Shown in pieces: positions 18,610 to 28,622 of a stretch of DNA of 64,000 nucleotides; positions within the stretch are counted from its first letter, which is position 1; every line of letters begins with the position of its first letter. Origin of the DNA: Escherichia phage Eps7. The position numbers and the translations under genes are program-made. Where the stretch lies: sequence record NC_010583.1; one strand, 5' to 3'. The notes beneath the pieces were generated by a model. It was not told the origin of the DNA. It ran no database searches and saw only the letters and a list, made by a program, of their open reading frames with translations.

Positions 18610-19314
18610 ATGGCTGGTTCTCGTAGAAAGAAACTTATCCATGAAATCCCTGATGAAACCTTTAAAAAGGTTATTGAACATCTGGAGAATGGTGGTACTA
18701 AGAAAGCAGCCTGTGAGATGCTCGGTGTTTCTTCTAACCCAACTATGGAACGAATGATCGAGGAATGGAGAGATCGTCAGGTTCAAGTTGCGGAAATGAA
18801 AAAGAAGAAGCGCGGAACACTAATTGAAGGTGTTGAGCTTGCAAACGTAATTGAACAGTATCTTTCTGGTGATTCTTTTGAAGAAATCGCAGATCGTAAC
18901 TATCGTTCTGTAGCGATGATTAAATCTGTTCTGGAACGTTATGGTGCTCTGCTTCGTTTAAACGATATTGTTGATCCATTGAATCCTCCATTGATTCCTG
19001 ATGATGCAATGGCAGAAGAATTTGAAGTTGGCGAACTTGTTTGGGTTCCCGGCTACCAGTGTATTGGTGAAATCAAGAAAGCAATGACTAACCCAGTTGG
19101 CTGCTACCGTGTTTGGTTGTTATCAGAAGGTAAACAACAGAACGTTCACTATATGCACTACGAATTAGCTTCTGTTAAACATCTGGAAAAGCTGGGAGTT
19201 GATGTTAAAGCTCTGGGCTTTAAATGGAGCCGTGAAGAAGTTATCACGTTGGTTAATGAAGCTGTTAAAGCCGCCCTGAAACTCGATAAAGAGAAAGGAA
19301 AACGTCGTGAGTAA
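18610..19314 (+). CDS. putative HTH DNA-binding protein
   Basis: N-terminal HTH-like GGTKKAACEMLGVS; 234 aa, directly downstream of the PN25-like promoter. Confidence 0.55.
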   Translation: MAGSRRKKLIHEIPDETFKKVIEHLENGGTKKAACEMLGVSSNPTMERMIEEWRDRQVQVAEMKKKKRGTLIEGVELANVIEQYLSGDSFEEIADRNYRSVAMIKSVLERYGALLRLNDIVDPLNPPLIPDDAMAEEFEVGELVWVPGYQCIGEIKKAMTNPVGCYRVWLLSEGKQQNVHYMHYELASVKHLEKLGVDVKALGFKWSREEVITLVNEAVKAALKLDKEKGKRRE

Positions 19315-19540
19315 ACTAACTGATCTGTTAAAAGCTGGAGACGTGAAATATCTCCAGCGAGATAGCTGGAAGAACACCCGAGACTTTACATTCTTGTTAA
19401 AATTTGATGTAGATAGTGACACTGTTAAGCTATATGAGTGGCCTAGTATACACTGCGTACGCCCGATAGTAACAGTAGTTAATCTTAGTCTAGAAGAAGC
19501 TCTGGCCGACGATTGGGAGATCGTTGAACTAGATGTGTAG
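19307..19540 (+). CDS. hypothetical protein (77 aa)
   Basis: overlaps the preceding stop. Confidence 0.4.
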   Translation: MSKLTDLLKAGDVKYLQRDSWKNTRDFTFLLKFDVDSDTVKLYEWPSIHCVRPIVTVVNLSLEEALADDWEIVELDV

Positions 19541-19560
19541 CAGTTACTGAAAAATTTCAG

Positions 19561-19589
19561 TTGCTTAATCCTGTAATTCTTGATATAAT
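19561..19589 (+). promoter_or_regulatory. sigma70 promoter TTGCTT-17-TATAAT
   Basis: TTGCTTAATCCTGTAATTCTTGATATAAT. Confidence 0.6.
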
Positions 19590-19647
19590 ATTCTCATAGT
19601 TTGAAAGAACTATTCTGTTTAATTCTTAATTAAGGAAATCGAAAAAT

Positions 19648-20058
19648 ATGACTACTCCAACTCAGTGGACTGATGAACTGTTCGAAAAAATGTCTTCCGA
19701 CTACGTTGCTCGTATGGAGCAATTCCCAGAAGATGAGCGTCCGGGCGTTAGCATGGAAATTGTTAGCGAAATTGCTCAGGAAAATGGTGTAACTCCGAAC
19801 GGTTTCCGTATGAAGCTGACCAAAGCAGGTCTGTATATCAAGAAAGCTGCTGGCTCTACTTCTAAATCAAGCGCATCTACTGGAGAAAAAGCTTCTGGTG
19901 GTTCTCGTACTTCCAAAGCTCAGGCGCACTCCGATCTTCGCTCTGCATTCTCTGATGCTGGCTTAGCACCGGACTTCCTGGACGACGCAATCATCGACAA
20001 GCTGACCGGTAAAGCAGCTGCTCATCTGGCAGAAGCTATCCGAGCTATCACTAAGTAA
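19648..20058 (+). CDS. hypothetical protein (136 aa), probably highly expressed
   Basis: strongly E. coli-optimal codon usage. Confidence 0.55.
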   Translation: MTTPTQWTDELFEKMSSDYVARMEQFPEDERPGVSMEIVSEIAQENGVTPNGFRMKLTKAGLYIKKAAGSTSKSSASTGEKASGGSRTSKAQAHSDLRSAFSDAGLAPDFLDDAIIDKLTGKAAAHLAEAIRAITK

Positions 20059-20094
20059 TTCTTAGATAAATCCACCAACACAAGGAATACAGTT

Positions 20095-20391
20095 ATGAAT
20101 AAAGCTGAAATTATTGCTCAATGCGAAAAATTTGGTGAGTTTTATCTTCATTACGAAAAACTTCGTCAGAAAGGAACCACGTACCTTCAGGGTACGATGG
20201 AGTTTGATCCAGCTCAGGATAAATACCTGGCTGAGCGTATTAAACGTGAGCGCATCCGTAAGCCGAAAGAAGATGAAATCCTAGTTTTCTCTCGTACTAA
20301 CGATAGCTTCCGTTTCATTCCTGTTGTGAAAGTTCGCCGTGTGACGAGCCTCCAGTCAGAGTTAGATCGTGCTTCTCCAGTAGGCCGATAA
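20095..20391 (+). CDS. hypothetical protein (98 aa)
   Basis: ORF followed by terminator. Confidence 0.5.
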   Translation: MNKAEIIAQCEKFGEFYLHYEKLRQKGTTYLQGTMEFDPAQDKYLAERIKRERIRKPKEDEILVFSRTNDSFRFIPVVKVRRVTSLQSELDRASPVGR

Positions 20392-20401
20392 GAAACCAAT
20401 T

Positions 20402-20423
20402 AGCCCCTATATGGGGCTTTTTG
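20402..20423 (+). terminator. rho-independent terminator
   Basis: GCCCC-TATAT-GGGGC followed by TTTTTG. Confidence 0.7.
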
Positions 20424-20441
20424 TGTATTTGGGATATGTAA

Positions 20442-20750
20442 ATGAGCGATCAGGTAAATCAAAACTATGAAGGACACATTGACGACCAGTCCATCATGCT
20501 TTGGGAGAAGGACGGGGAACAAGTAAGACTAACCGTATCTGAATTTCGTGGGAATCTATACATGGGAATTCGTTACTGGCTCCAAGATATTACTGGAGAG
20601 TGGTTTCCAACGAAATCCGGCTTCTCTTTTCCTTATACCCTAGAAACTACATCACAGCTATTTTACGCTTTTACGCAAATCCTCAGTGAATCCGAGGTCT
20701 TGCATGAAGTACAGAAACGAGCTGAAGAACTCAAAGCCAAGAATGCCTAG
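20442..20750 (+). CDS. hypothetical protein (102 aa)
   Basis: ORF between terminator and next promoter. Confidence 0.5.
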   Translation: MSDQVNQNYEGHIDDQSIMLWEKDGEQVRLTVSEFRGNLYMGIRYWLQDITGEWFPTKSGFSFPYTLETTSQLFYAFTQILSESEVLHEVQKRAEELKAKNA

Positions 20751-20777
20751 TTCTTGGCTTTTTCTTTATAAATGTAC

Positions 20778-20806
20778 TTGCTTTCGACTCAGTTTTGTTA
20801 TATAAT
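20778..20806 (+). promoter_or_regulatory. T5-type promoter TTGCTT-17-TATAAT with downstream ATTTATATAAATTGATGAGAGA box
   Basis: sequence match to the promoter family. Confidence 0.65.
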
Positions 20807-20837
20807 ATTTATATAAATTGATGAGAGATATAAATAA

Positions 20838-21809
20838 ATGACTAATGTAAAAGAATTTATTAAACGCTGTCAAGAAGCATATTATCAAGGTATGTCTTTA
20901 ATCTCTGACGAAGAATATGATCGTCTGATTAAAAGATTCCCACTAGAGGAAGAAATCGGACCGAAAGGTGATATTCCTCATTTGTATCGTATGTATTCTT
21001 TGCAGAAAGTCTATTACGGTCGCGGTGATAAAGCTCCATTCAATCCATTAGGTCAGGTTGAAACTGATAAGTTAGATGGTTGTGCGATTTCTCTATTATA
21101 TATTAATGGTGAATTTGTTCAAGCGTTAACTCGTGGTAACGGTATTCTAGGGAATGATGTAACGCATAATGTTAAAATGCTGAACATCCCCAAAACTATT
21201 TCCCAAAAAGTACCAACTCAAATCACTGGTGAAGTTCTCATTACTAAAGAAGTAGAGAACAAACGTAACTACGCTTCGGGTGCTATTAACCTGAAAGACA
21301 GCGATGATTTCATCCAACGTATTGGTGAAGGTGGTTTAATCTTCGTTGCATACGGTATCCAGTGTTCAGCGGAAACAGTCGGTATTACAGAAGCCTATTT
21401 AAAAGATATGCTTTGGCTAGAGAATGAGAACTTCTTGACAGTTGTTAATGTTCGTTCCTTTTTTAAATGGATTCCGACGGACGGTAAAGTTGTTCGTATT
21501 AACGACAACAATAAATTCTTCCGTGAAGGTTGGACTAATAAATTTCCTCGTGGTGCATTTGCTATTAAAGAGGATGAAGAAGGCGAAATTACCACACTTG
21601 TTAAAGTTGAATGGCAAGTAGGGGCTTCTGGTAAAGTAACTCCAGTTGGTTATTTCGAACCGGTGATTATTGATGATGCCACAATCGTTAAAGCAACTCT
21701 TAATAACGTTGATTATATTAACGCTCTCGATTTAGAGATCGGTTGCCAGATTCGAGTGATTCGTGCTGGTGGTGTAATCCCTTGTATAGTAGAGCGAGTA
21801 TACGACTAA
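20838..21809 (+). CDS. ligA: NAD-dependent DNA ligase, subunit A (adenylation domain)
   Basis: EYDRL N-terminal motif, KLDG adenylation lysine, TRGNG motif; 323 aa. Confidence 0.9.
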   Translation: MTNVKEFIKRCQEAYYQGMSLISDEEYDRLIKRFPLEEEIGPKGDIPHLYRMYSLQKVYYGRGDKAPFNPLGQVETDKLDGCAISLLYINGEFVQALTRGNGILGNDVTHNVKMLNIPKTISQKVPTQITGEVLITKEVENKRNYASGAINLKDSDDFIQRIGEGGLIFVAYGIQCSAETVGITEAYLKDMLWLENENFLTVVNVRSFFKWIPTDGKVVRINDNNKFFREGWTNKFPRGAFAIKEDEEGEITTLVKVEWQVGASGKVTPVGYFEPVIIDDATIVKATLNNVDYINALDLEIGCQIRVIRAGGVIPCIVERVYD

Positions 21810-21862
21810 TTCGTAACCCTTTGCTACCCGTTTACCATGTCGGAATTATAAAGTGGTTATTG

Positions 21863-21891
21863 ACATTTTCGCCGCTTAGGTATATACTATT
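21863..21891 (+). promoter_or_regulatory. sigma70 promoter TTGACA-17-TATACT
   Basis: in the spacer between the two ligase halves. Confidence 0.5.
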
Positions 21892-21953
21892 ATCATTCAG
21901 TTGAGGGATAGAAAGTTATGGCGAGGGTAAGCAAAGTTAGTTAAAATTGTAGT

Positions 21954-21981
21954 TGCTAAATGCTTAAATACTTGCTATAAT
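21954..21981 (+). promoter_or_regulatory. T5-type promoter with downstream ATTTATATAAATTGATAAGGAAG box
   Basis: TTGCTA-16-TATAAT. Confidence 0.6.
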
Positions 21982-22008
21982 ATTTATATAAATTGATAAG
22001 GAAGAAAT

Positions 22009-22790
22009 TTGATGAAAATCGAAATTCCAACACAATGTCCCTCTTGTGGTTCTAAGCTAGATCTTGTCAACGGGCAATTATTCTGTAGGAATAAGTCCAA
22101 CTGTCCAGCGCAATCAAGTAAGTTAATCGAGAACTTCTGCACAAAAATGAAGTTAAAGGGCTTTGGCCCGAAAACTATTGAGAAGCTGGAGCTGACTAAG
22201 ATCTCAGAACTGTTTTACCTGACCGAAGAAGATTTGGTCGGAGCTGTGGGTAGCAAGGTTGCCGCTAAATTGATTAGCGAGTTAAATACAAGGTTCGCGG
22301 AGACATTGACTTTGGTTCAGTTCTCGGTTCTTTAGGAATTCCTCTTATTGGAGAGGTTGCAGCAAAGAAACTGTCCCAAAATTGCACTAGCTTCCACGAT
22401 GTGAAGGCTGACGGCAAGGCTGGAGAAAATTACAAAACCTGGCTAAATTCCCCACAAGGCAAGGATGTTATTGAATTACCGTGGAAATTCTCAACTGGTA
22501 TCCGAGGTGCTAAAGCTGACATCATCATTACAGATGATTTAGTTGCCCAGCCAAATGGAATCACGGTCTGTATTACCGGATCTTTGCAAGATTTTGCAAA
22601 TCGAACGGATGCAACAAACTATTTAGAAAGTCTAGGGTATACGGTTAAGAAGTCCGTTACCAAAGACGTCAAATACCTAATCTGTGAGGATGAATCAAAA
22701 CGTTCTTCCTCATCTTATAAGAAAGCCGAAACGAATGGGATAGAAATCCTGTCGATTAAAGAACTATTGGAGAAAAATAATAATGTCTAA
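22009..22790 (+). CDS. ligB: NAD-dependent DNA ligase, subunit B (Zn finger, HhH, BRCT), frameshifted
   Basis: [15 protein letters not shown] Zn finger, [10 protein letters not shown] Hh[19 protein letters not shown]; frame break about 22303-22312. Confidence 0.85.
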
Positions 22791-23550
22791 ACTGAACTGG
22801 AACGTAGAAGGTGTAACCGAGTCTCTGAAAGCAAAAGCCACTGCTCTGGGTGTTGCTGTAATCTCTCAAGAACAAGTAGCTGCTATCGCTGCTGAACTGG
22901 CTACCGAGACTGGTAAAGACGTTACCGCTCGCTCTGTTGGCTCTAAGCTGCGTAAAGAAGGTTTCGAAGTACAGAAAGCTAACGAAGTACAGAAATCCCC
23001 GTGGACTCCTGAGCAGGAAGCTGAACTGGTTGATTTCCTGAACGCTCATGCGGGTCAGTATACTTACGCTGAAATCGCTGCTGCTGTAGCTGGTGGTCAG
23101 TTCGGTGCTAAGCAGGTTCAGGGTAAGATCCTGAGTCTGGAAATGACTGCTTCTGTTAAGCCAACCGAAAAAGCTGCTGCTGTTCGTTCCTTCACTCCTG
23201 ACGAAGAAACTGATTTCGTTAATCAGGTTGTTGCTGGTGCTACTATTGAAGCTATCGCTGCTCACTTCGGTCGCAATATTAAGCAGATCCGTGGTAAAGC
23301 TCTGAGTCTGCTTCGTGAAGGTCGTATCGCTGCTATGCCGGTACAGGAAACTTCAAGTGCTAAAACTCGTGAAGATCTGTTAGAAGGTCTGGATCTGGCT
23401 AACATGACTGTTGCTGAGATCGCTGAGAAAACTGGTAAGTCTGAGCGCGGTGTTAAATCTATGCTGTCTCGTCGTGGTCTGGTTGCTAAGGACTATGATG
23501 GTGCCGCTAAGCGTGCTAAACTGGATGCAAAAGCTGCGGCTGCTGAATAA
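22783..23550 (+). CDS. Ala-rich protein with four internal HTH-like repeats, putative DNA-binding protein
   Basis: repeated ..EIAA..G...V.(S/G)K..SL.. modules; optimal codon usage; 255 aa. Confidence 0.55.
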   Translation: MSKLNWNVEGVTESLKAKATALGVAVISQEQVAAIAAELATETGKDVTARSVGSKLRKEGFEVQKANEVQKSPWTPEQEAELVDFLNAHAGQYTYAEIAAAVAGGQFGAKQVQGKILSLEMTASVKPTEKAAAVRSFTPDEETDFVNQVVAGATIEAIAAHFGRNIKQIRGKALSLLREGRIAAMPVQETSSAKTREDLLEGLDLANMTVAEIAEKTGKSERGVKSMLSRRGLVAKDYDGAAKRAKLDAKAAAAE

Positions 23551-23567
23551 TCTGGTAAATTAAACCT

Positions 23568-23599
23568 AAGGGGAGGGGGCTATGCTCCTTCCCCTTTTT
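23568..23599 (+). terminator. rho-independent terminator
   Basis: AAGGGGAGG...CCTTCCCCTT followed by TTTTG. Confidence 0.7.
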
Positions 23600-23620
23600 G
23601 CATTTAGAAGGCACGAAAGC

Positions 23621-25105
23621 GTGCAAAGGAGAATGACCTTGTTTAACGTGCAAGCTGTAGTGTTGAAGATGCTTCTCGCTTCTGAACAGAAGCAAATAGC
23701 ATTGGAAACATTCTCAAAACTGCATAAAGATCATTTTAATGACGCTTTCTCCTCAATTTACCAAGCCGTCCAGAATTATTATAAGAAATATAACGCAATG
23801 CCGTCCATTGACGCACTGATGCTTGAGGCCAATAGGAACGCCCGCCTTTCTCAAGCTCTTGTCGTCTTAGCTAACACTCAAATTCCAGAAGTGAGCATGG
23901 AACAGGCGCTTGAAGTCCTAGAAGCCGAATATACACAGGATCTATTCCTGAAACTTCTAGAAACAGACGTGCTTCAAGATTTAACAATGCTGGATCAGGG
24001 AGAAATTCTCAACCGAGTTGCCTCCCTTCACTTAAAATTAGAAGAGAAAGTAACGAATACTGGAAAGGTATTCAACGCAGACACAATGCGTATTTTCCAG
24101 AGAGAAGAAGATACCAAACTGAACTTGATCGCTCTTGGTATTTGTAATGAGTTCGACGCTCAAATTGGTTTAGCTCGCACAGAAACGTTACTGCTTGGTG
24201 GTTGGCGTGGTACTGGTAAATCCATTATCTGTTCAAACATACAGGTTCAGCAATATTTGAATGGAGACATTGCTCCATATTTCTCAATTGAGATGAAGGA
24301 GCACGAAGTGTTTAGACGTAATCTGGCTATGTTAGCTGGAGTATCTGCATTAGCAATGCGTAATAACACTCTTGAAGGTGCTGCTCTGTTGAGATTAGCC
24401 AGAACTAGGGCTAGAATGTTTAATGGTGGTGAAGAGCTTTTCGATAACTTCGTTAAGCAATACACTATGGCTAAAATGAGTGACTTCTATGATATGGAAA
24501 GTAAACTCCTTGAAGGCTATGAGCTTCACACTCCTATGATCATCGTTTACGATCCTGAACTGTCTATTACGACGGTTGACGTAGAATTAAATAAACTAGT
24601 TGCTAAATATGGTGATAAGGTTACTGTAGCTCTTCTAGACTATATTAACCAAACAAGACTTCCAGATTCAAAGACCATTGACATGTATGACTGGAAAGAA
24701 CAGATGGTTGTTAGTTCATCTTTCAAATCTATCTGCCAGAAACATAACGTGGCTGGTGTTGCCCCTTACCAGATTGACCAAGATGGTAGAACGCGTATGT
24801 CTAAAGGGATTCTTGATTCCGCAGATATGGCTGCTAATCTTAACGCTGCAAAAGCTGATAATGGTCAAGGTGCTATTATGTTTGATTTCGTTAAGACTCG
24901 TTCCTCTGATAGTGTGAAGTTTATGCCTAAGATGAACTGGGAAACTCTACGAATGGATAACACTACCAACCTAGCAATGGAAGATATTGCGCAAATGGAA
25001 GCTGAGTTCGTTATTCCTATTGAAAAGGATAAACCAGCTCAACCTAAACGTGCTAAGAAAGACAAAGCTGAAAATTCAACAGGTGAACAGGCCAGCGATA
25101 TATGA
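23621..25105 (+). CDS. replicative helicase (DnaB-like / RecA-fold ATPase)
   Basis: Walker A LGGWRGTGKS and RecA-like core; start taken as GTG 23621 (track ORF starts inside the terminator). Confidence 0.75.
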   Translation: MQRRMTLFNVQAVVLKMLLASEQKQIALETFSKLHKDHFNDAFSSIYQAVQNYYKKYNAMPSIDALMLEANRNARLSQALVVLANTQIPEVSMEQALEVLEAEYTQDLFLKLLETDVLQDLTMLDQGEILNRVASLHLKLEEKVTNTGKVFNADTMRIFQREEDTKLNLIALGICNEFDAQIGLARTETLLLGGWRGTGKSIICSNIQVQQYLNGDIAPYFSIEMKEHEVFRRNLAMLAGVSALAMRNNTLEGAALLRLARTRARMFNGGEELFDNFVKQYTMAKMSDFYDMESKLLEGYELHTPMIIVYDPELSITTVDVELNKLVAKYGDKVTVALLDYINQTRLPDSKTIDMYDWKEQMVVSSSFKSICQKHNVAGVAPYQIDQDGRTRMSKGILDSADMAANLNAAKADNGQGAIMFDFVKTRSSDSVKFMPKMNWETLRMDNTTNLAMEDIAQMEAEFVIPIEKDKPAQPKRAKKDKAENSTGEQASDI

Positions 25106-25992
25106 GTAGAATAACAGAACTACTTGATCTGAAAGGCATTGAATACAAAGACACAGGTGGGGATATCCTCATCTGTTGTCTCAATCCAGATCATGATGAT
25201 AAACACCCAAGCTTGCGTATTGACCCTGAATCAGGTATTATGCATTGCTTGAGCTGTGGCTTCGGTAGAGGAATACCGAGCATTTACCATTATTTTAATG
25301 AGACTCAGTACAGACAGTCACCAAGATTGTCACAAGTACGTAAAAAGATTTCAGAGATTAGGAATGGATCTACGAATCTTGCAATTCCTGAATCTGCTTA
25401 CCTTTTCGAAGGTGATTTCCGAGGTATCAGTTCTAAGACCTTGAAGAAATATTTTGCTTTCCAACATCAAGCAGACTGGGAAGGCAGAATTGTATTCCCA
25501 ATAACAGATGCTGTTGGACGCAATATCCTATTCTTGGGACGTTCTATAAACAGTTCTGCCCCTCCTAAATACTTAGTAAAACCAAAACAAGTTTCACCAC
25601 CGATTTTCCCTGTACGATATAATACACCAGTTCTTATTCTAGTTGAAGGTATCTTTGATATGTTAAATCTAGAAGATAACGGTGTGGATTATGCTTCTTG
25701 CTGCTTTGGTACACATCAGTTTACATCTGATAACATTGCCGATAAGTTCAGTCCTTACATTATTGCTGGAGTAAGAGTAGTAGTTATCCTATTAGATAAT
25801 GATGCCTCTGGTAATAAAGCTGCGCAAGCATTGGCGAAGCTAATTCGTACAAAAACACGTTTAACACCTGTAATTGGTAACTTCCTTCTTCCAGAAGGCA
25901 AAGACCCAGGTGATTTAAATAAAGAAGAGATCGATATGTTGGCTCAACGTATTGAAATTTTAGTTGCCGAATCGCTCAAAGATTTGGTATAA
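25102..25992 (+). CDS. DNA primase (DnaG-like: zinc-binding domain plus TOPRIM)
   Basis: CLNPDHDDKHPSL..HCLSCGFG Zn motif; TOPRIM LVEGIFD and LLDNDASG. Confidence 0.85.
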   Translation: MSRITELLDLKGIEYKDTGGDILICCLNPDHDDKHPSLRIDPESGIMHCLSCGFGRGIPSIYHYFNETQYRQSPRLSQVRKKISEIRNGSTNLAIPESAYLFEGDFRGISSKTLKKYFAFQHQADWEGRIVFPITDAVGRNILFLGRSINSSAPPKYLVKPKQVSPPIFPVRYNTPVLILVEGIFDMLNLEDNGVDYASCCFGTHQFTSDNIADKFSPYIIAGVRVVVILLDNDASGNKAAQALAKLIRTKTRLTPVIGNFLLPEGKDPGDLNKEEIDMLAQRIEILVAESLKDLV

Positions 25993-25993
25993 T
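25985..25993 (+). promoter_or_regulatory. extended -10 element (TGGTATAAT) upstream of the polymerase gene
   Basis: lies inside the primase 3' end. Confidence 0.35.
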
Positions 25994-26054
25994 ATATTGG
26001 TAAGTTAGAGAAGAAACACTGAAGTTATACTTACTTACCAAAAGAAGACTAAAT

Positions 26055-28622
26055 TTGAAAATTGCAGTAGTTGATAAAGCTCTAAATAACACTCGTTATG
26101 ATAAACACTTCCAGCTTTATGGTGAGGAAGTTGATGTATTCCATATGTGTAACGAGAAGTTATCTGGCCGTTTGCTGAAAAAGCATATTACAATCGGAAC
26201 TCCAGATAACCCGTTCGATCCGAACGATTACGATTTTGTTGTACTAGTTGGTGCTGAACCTTTCCTGTATTTCGCAGGTAAGAAAGGTATCGGTGATTAT
26301 ACTGGTAAACGTGTAGAGCATGGCGGCTATGCCAATTGGATTGCAAGTATTAGTCCAGCTCAGTTACACTTTAAACCTGAAATGAAACCAGTTTTCGATG
26401 CAACTGTAGAAAGTATTCACGATATTATTAATGGTCGTGAGAAGATTGCAAAAGCTGGTGATTATCGTCCTATTACTGATCCAGATGAAGCTGAAGAATA
26501 CATCAAGATGGTATATAACATGGTTATCGGTCCTATCGCATTCGACTCCGAAACCTCAGCTTTGTACGCTCGTGATGGTTATCTGCTTGGTGTTTCTATG
26601 TCTCACCAAGAGTACCAGGGTGTTTATATTGACTCTGACAGCATCACCGAAGTAGCTGTACATTATCTCCAGAAAATTCTGGATAGCAAGAATCATCAGA
26701 TCGTTTTTCATAACTTGAAGTTTGATATGCACTTTTATTCCTATCATCTAGGACTTTCCTTTGAGAAAGCACATAAAGAGCGTAGACTTCACGATACCAT
26801 GTTACAACACTATGTTCTTGATGAACGTCGTGGTACTCACGGCCTGAAATCTCTGGCTATGAAGTATACTGACATGGGTGATTATGACTTTGAACTGGAT
26901 AAGTTCAAGGAGGATTATTGCAAAGCACATAAGATCAAGAAAGAAGATTTCAGCTATGATCTGATTCCATTTGATATTATGTGGCCTTATGCTGCAAAAG
27001 ATACCGATGCTACTCTGCGTCTGCATAACTTCTTCTTACCGAAAATTGAGAAGAATGAAAAGCTTTGCAGTCTATACTATGACGTTCTGATGCCTGGTTG
27101 TGTATTCTTGCAACGTGTTGAAGATCGTGGTGTACCAATTTCTGTTGATCGCTTGAAAGAAGCTCAGTATCAGTTAACTCACAACCTGAACAAGGCTCGT
27201 GAAAAGCTGTATACTTATCCAGAAGTCGTTCAGCTAGAGAAAGACCAGAACGAAGCATTTAACCCTAACTCTGTTAAGCAGCTCCGTGTTCTTTTATTTG
27301 ATTATGTTGGTCTGACTCCAACTGGTAAGCTGACAGATACAGGTGCAGATTCTACAAACGCAGAAGCTCTGAACGAACTGGCTACTCAGCATCCAATTGC
27401 TAAGACTCTGCTAGAGATTCGTAAGCTGACTAAGCTGATCTCTACTTATGTTGAGAAGATTCTTCTGAGCATTGATGCAGATGGTTGCATTCGTACTGGT
27501 TTCCATGAACACATGACTACTTCTGGTCGTCTGAGTTCTTCTGGTAAGCTGAACCTGCAACAGTTACCACGTGATGAATCTATTATCAAGGGTTGTGTAG
27601 TAGCTCCCCCTGGATATCGTGTAATCGCATGGGACTTAACAACTGCGGAAGTTTATTACGCTGCTGTACTGTCTGGTGACAGAAACATGCAACAAGTATT
27701 TATCAACATGAAGAATGAGCCAGATAAATATCCTGACTTCCACTCAAACATCGCACACATGGTATTTAAACTGACCTGTGAACCGCGTGATGTTAAGAAG
27801 TTGTTCCCAGCTCTGCGTCAGGCTGCTAAGGCAATTACCTTCGGTATTCTGTACGGTTCTGGCCCAGCTAAAGTAGCTCATTCTGTTAACGAAGCTCTTC
27901 TGGAACAGGCCGCTAAGACAGGCGAACCGTTTGTTGAATGTACCGTTGCAGATGCGAAGGACTATATCGAAACTTACTTCGGTCAATTCCCTCAGCTTAA
28001 GCGTTGGATTGATAAGTGCCACGATCAGATCAAGAACTTTGGATTCATCTACAGTCACTTTGGTCGTAAGCGTCGTCTGCACAATATCCATTCTGAAGAT
28101 CGTGGTGTTCAGGGTGAGGAAATCCGTTCTGGATTTAACGCAATCATTCAGTCTGCATCTTCGGATAGCCTGTTATTAGGTGCTATTGATGCTGATGAAG
28201 AAATCCTGTCCCTGGGTCTAGGAAAAGAGATGAAGATCGTCATGTTGGTTCACGACTCCGTGGTTGCCATTGTACGTGAAGATCTGATTGATCAGTATAA
28301 TGAGATTCTGATTCGTAACATCCAGAAGGATCGTGGTATTAGTATCCCTGGCTGCCCAATCGGTATTGATTCTGATTCTGAGAAAGGTGGTTCTCGTGAC
28401 TACTCTTGTGGTAAGATGAAGAAACAGCACCCATCAATCGCTTGTATTGATGATGATGAGTATACTCGTTATGTTAAAGGTGTATTACTCGATGCAGATT
28501 TCGAGTATAAGAAGTTAGCTGCAATGGATAAAGAGCATCCAGACCACAGCAAATACAAGGATGATAAGTTTATTGCTGTATGTAAAGATCTGGATAATGT
28601 GAAAAGGATTTTAGGTGCTTGA
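26055..28622 (+). CDS. DNA polymerase, family A with 3'-5' exonuclease domain (T5-type, 855 aa)
   Basis: TTG start; exo motifs IAFDSETS, Pol A motifs; length and N-terminus match T5 polymerase as I recall it. Confidence 0.97.
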   Translation: MKIAVVDKALNNTRYDKHFQLYGEEVDVFHMCNEKLSGRLLKKHITIGTPDNPFDPNDYDFVVLVGAEPFLYFAGKKGIGDYTGKRVEHGGYANWIASISPAQLHFKPEMKPVFDATVESIHDIINGREKIAKAGDYRPITDPDEAEEYIKMVYNMVIGPIAFDSETSALYARDGYLLGVSMSHQEYQGVYIDSDSITEVAVHYLQKILDSKNHQIVFHNLKFDMHFYSYHLGLSFEKAHKERRLHDTMLQHYVLDERRGTHGLKSLAMKYTDMGDYDFELDKFKEDYCKAHKIKKEDFSYDLIPFDIMWPYAAKDTDATLRLHNFFLPKIEKNEKLCSLYYDVLMPGCVFLQRVEDRGVPISVDRLKEAQYQLTHNLNKAREKLYTYPEVVQLEKDQNEAFNPNSVKQLRVLLFDYVGLTPTGKLTDTGADSTNAEALNELATQHPIAKTLLEIRKLTKLISTYVEKILLSIDADGCIRTGFHEHMTTSGRLSSSGKLNLQQLPRDESIIKGCVVAPPGYRVIAWDLTTAEVYYAAVLSGDRNMQQVFINMKNEPDKYPDFHSNIAHMVFKLTCEPRDVKKLFPALRQAAKAITFGILYGSGPAKVAHSVNEALLEQAAKTGEPFVECTVADAKDYIETYFGQFPQLKRWIDKCHDQIKNFGFIYSHFGRKRRLHNIHSEDRGVQGEEIRSGFNAIIQSASSDSLLLGAIDADEEILSLGLGKEMKIVMLVHDSVVAIVREDLIDQYNEILIRNIQKDRGISIPGCPIGIDSDSEKGGSRDYSCGKMKKQHPSIACIDDDEYTRYVKGVLLDADFEYKKLAAMDKEHPDHSKYKDDKFIAVCKDLDNVKRILGA

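Noticed and set aside
22756-23265. 169-aa minus-strand ORF
   Set aside because: Antisense to the Ala-rich plus-strand gene; Ser/Phe-rich artefact.
25999-26039. 7-bp stem with 27-nt loop just upstream of the polymerase TTG start as a translational operator
   Set aside because: The loop is long and AT-rich, so the predicted stability is low; nothing supports a function without experiment.
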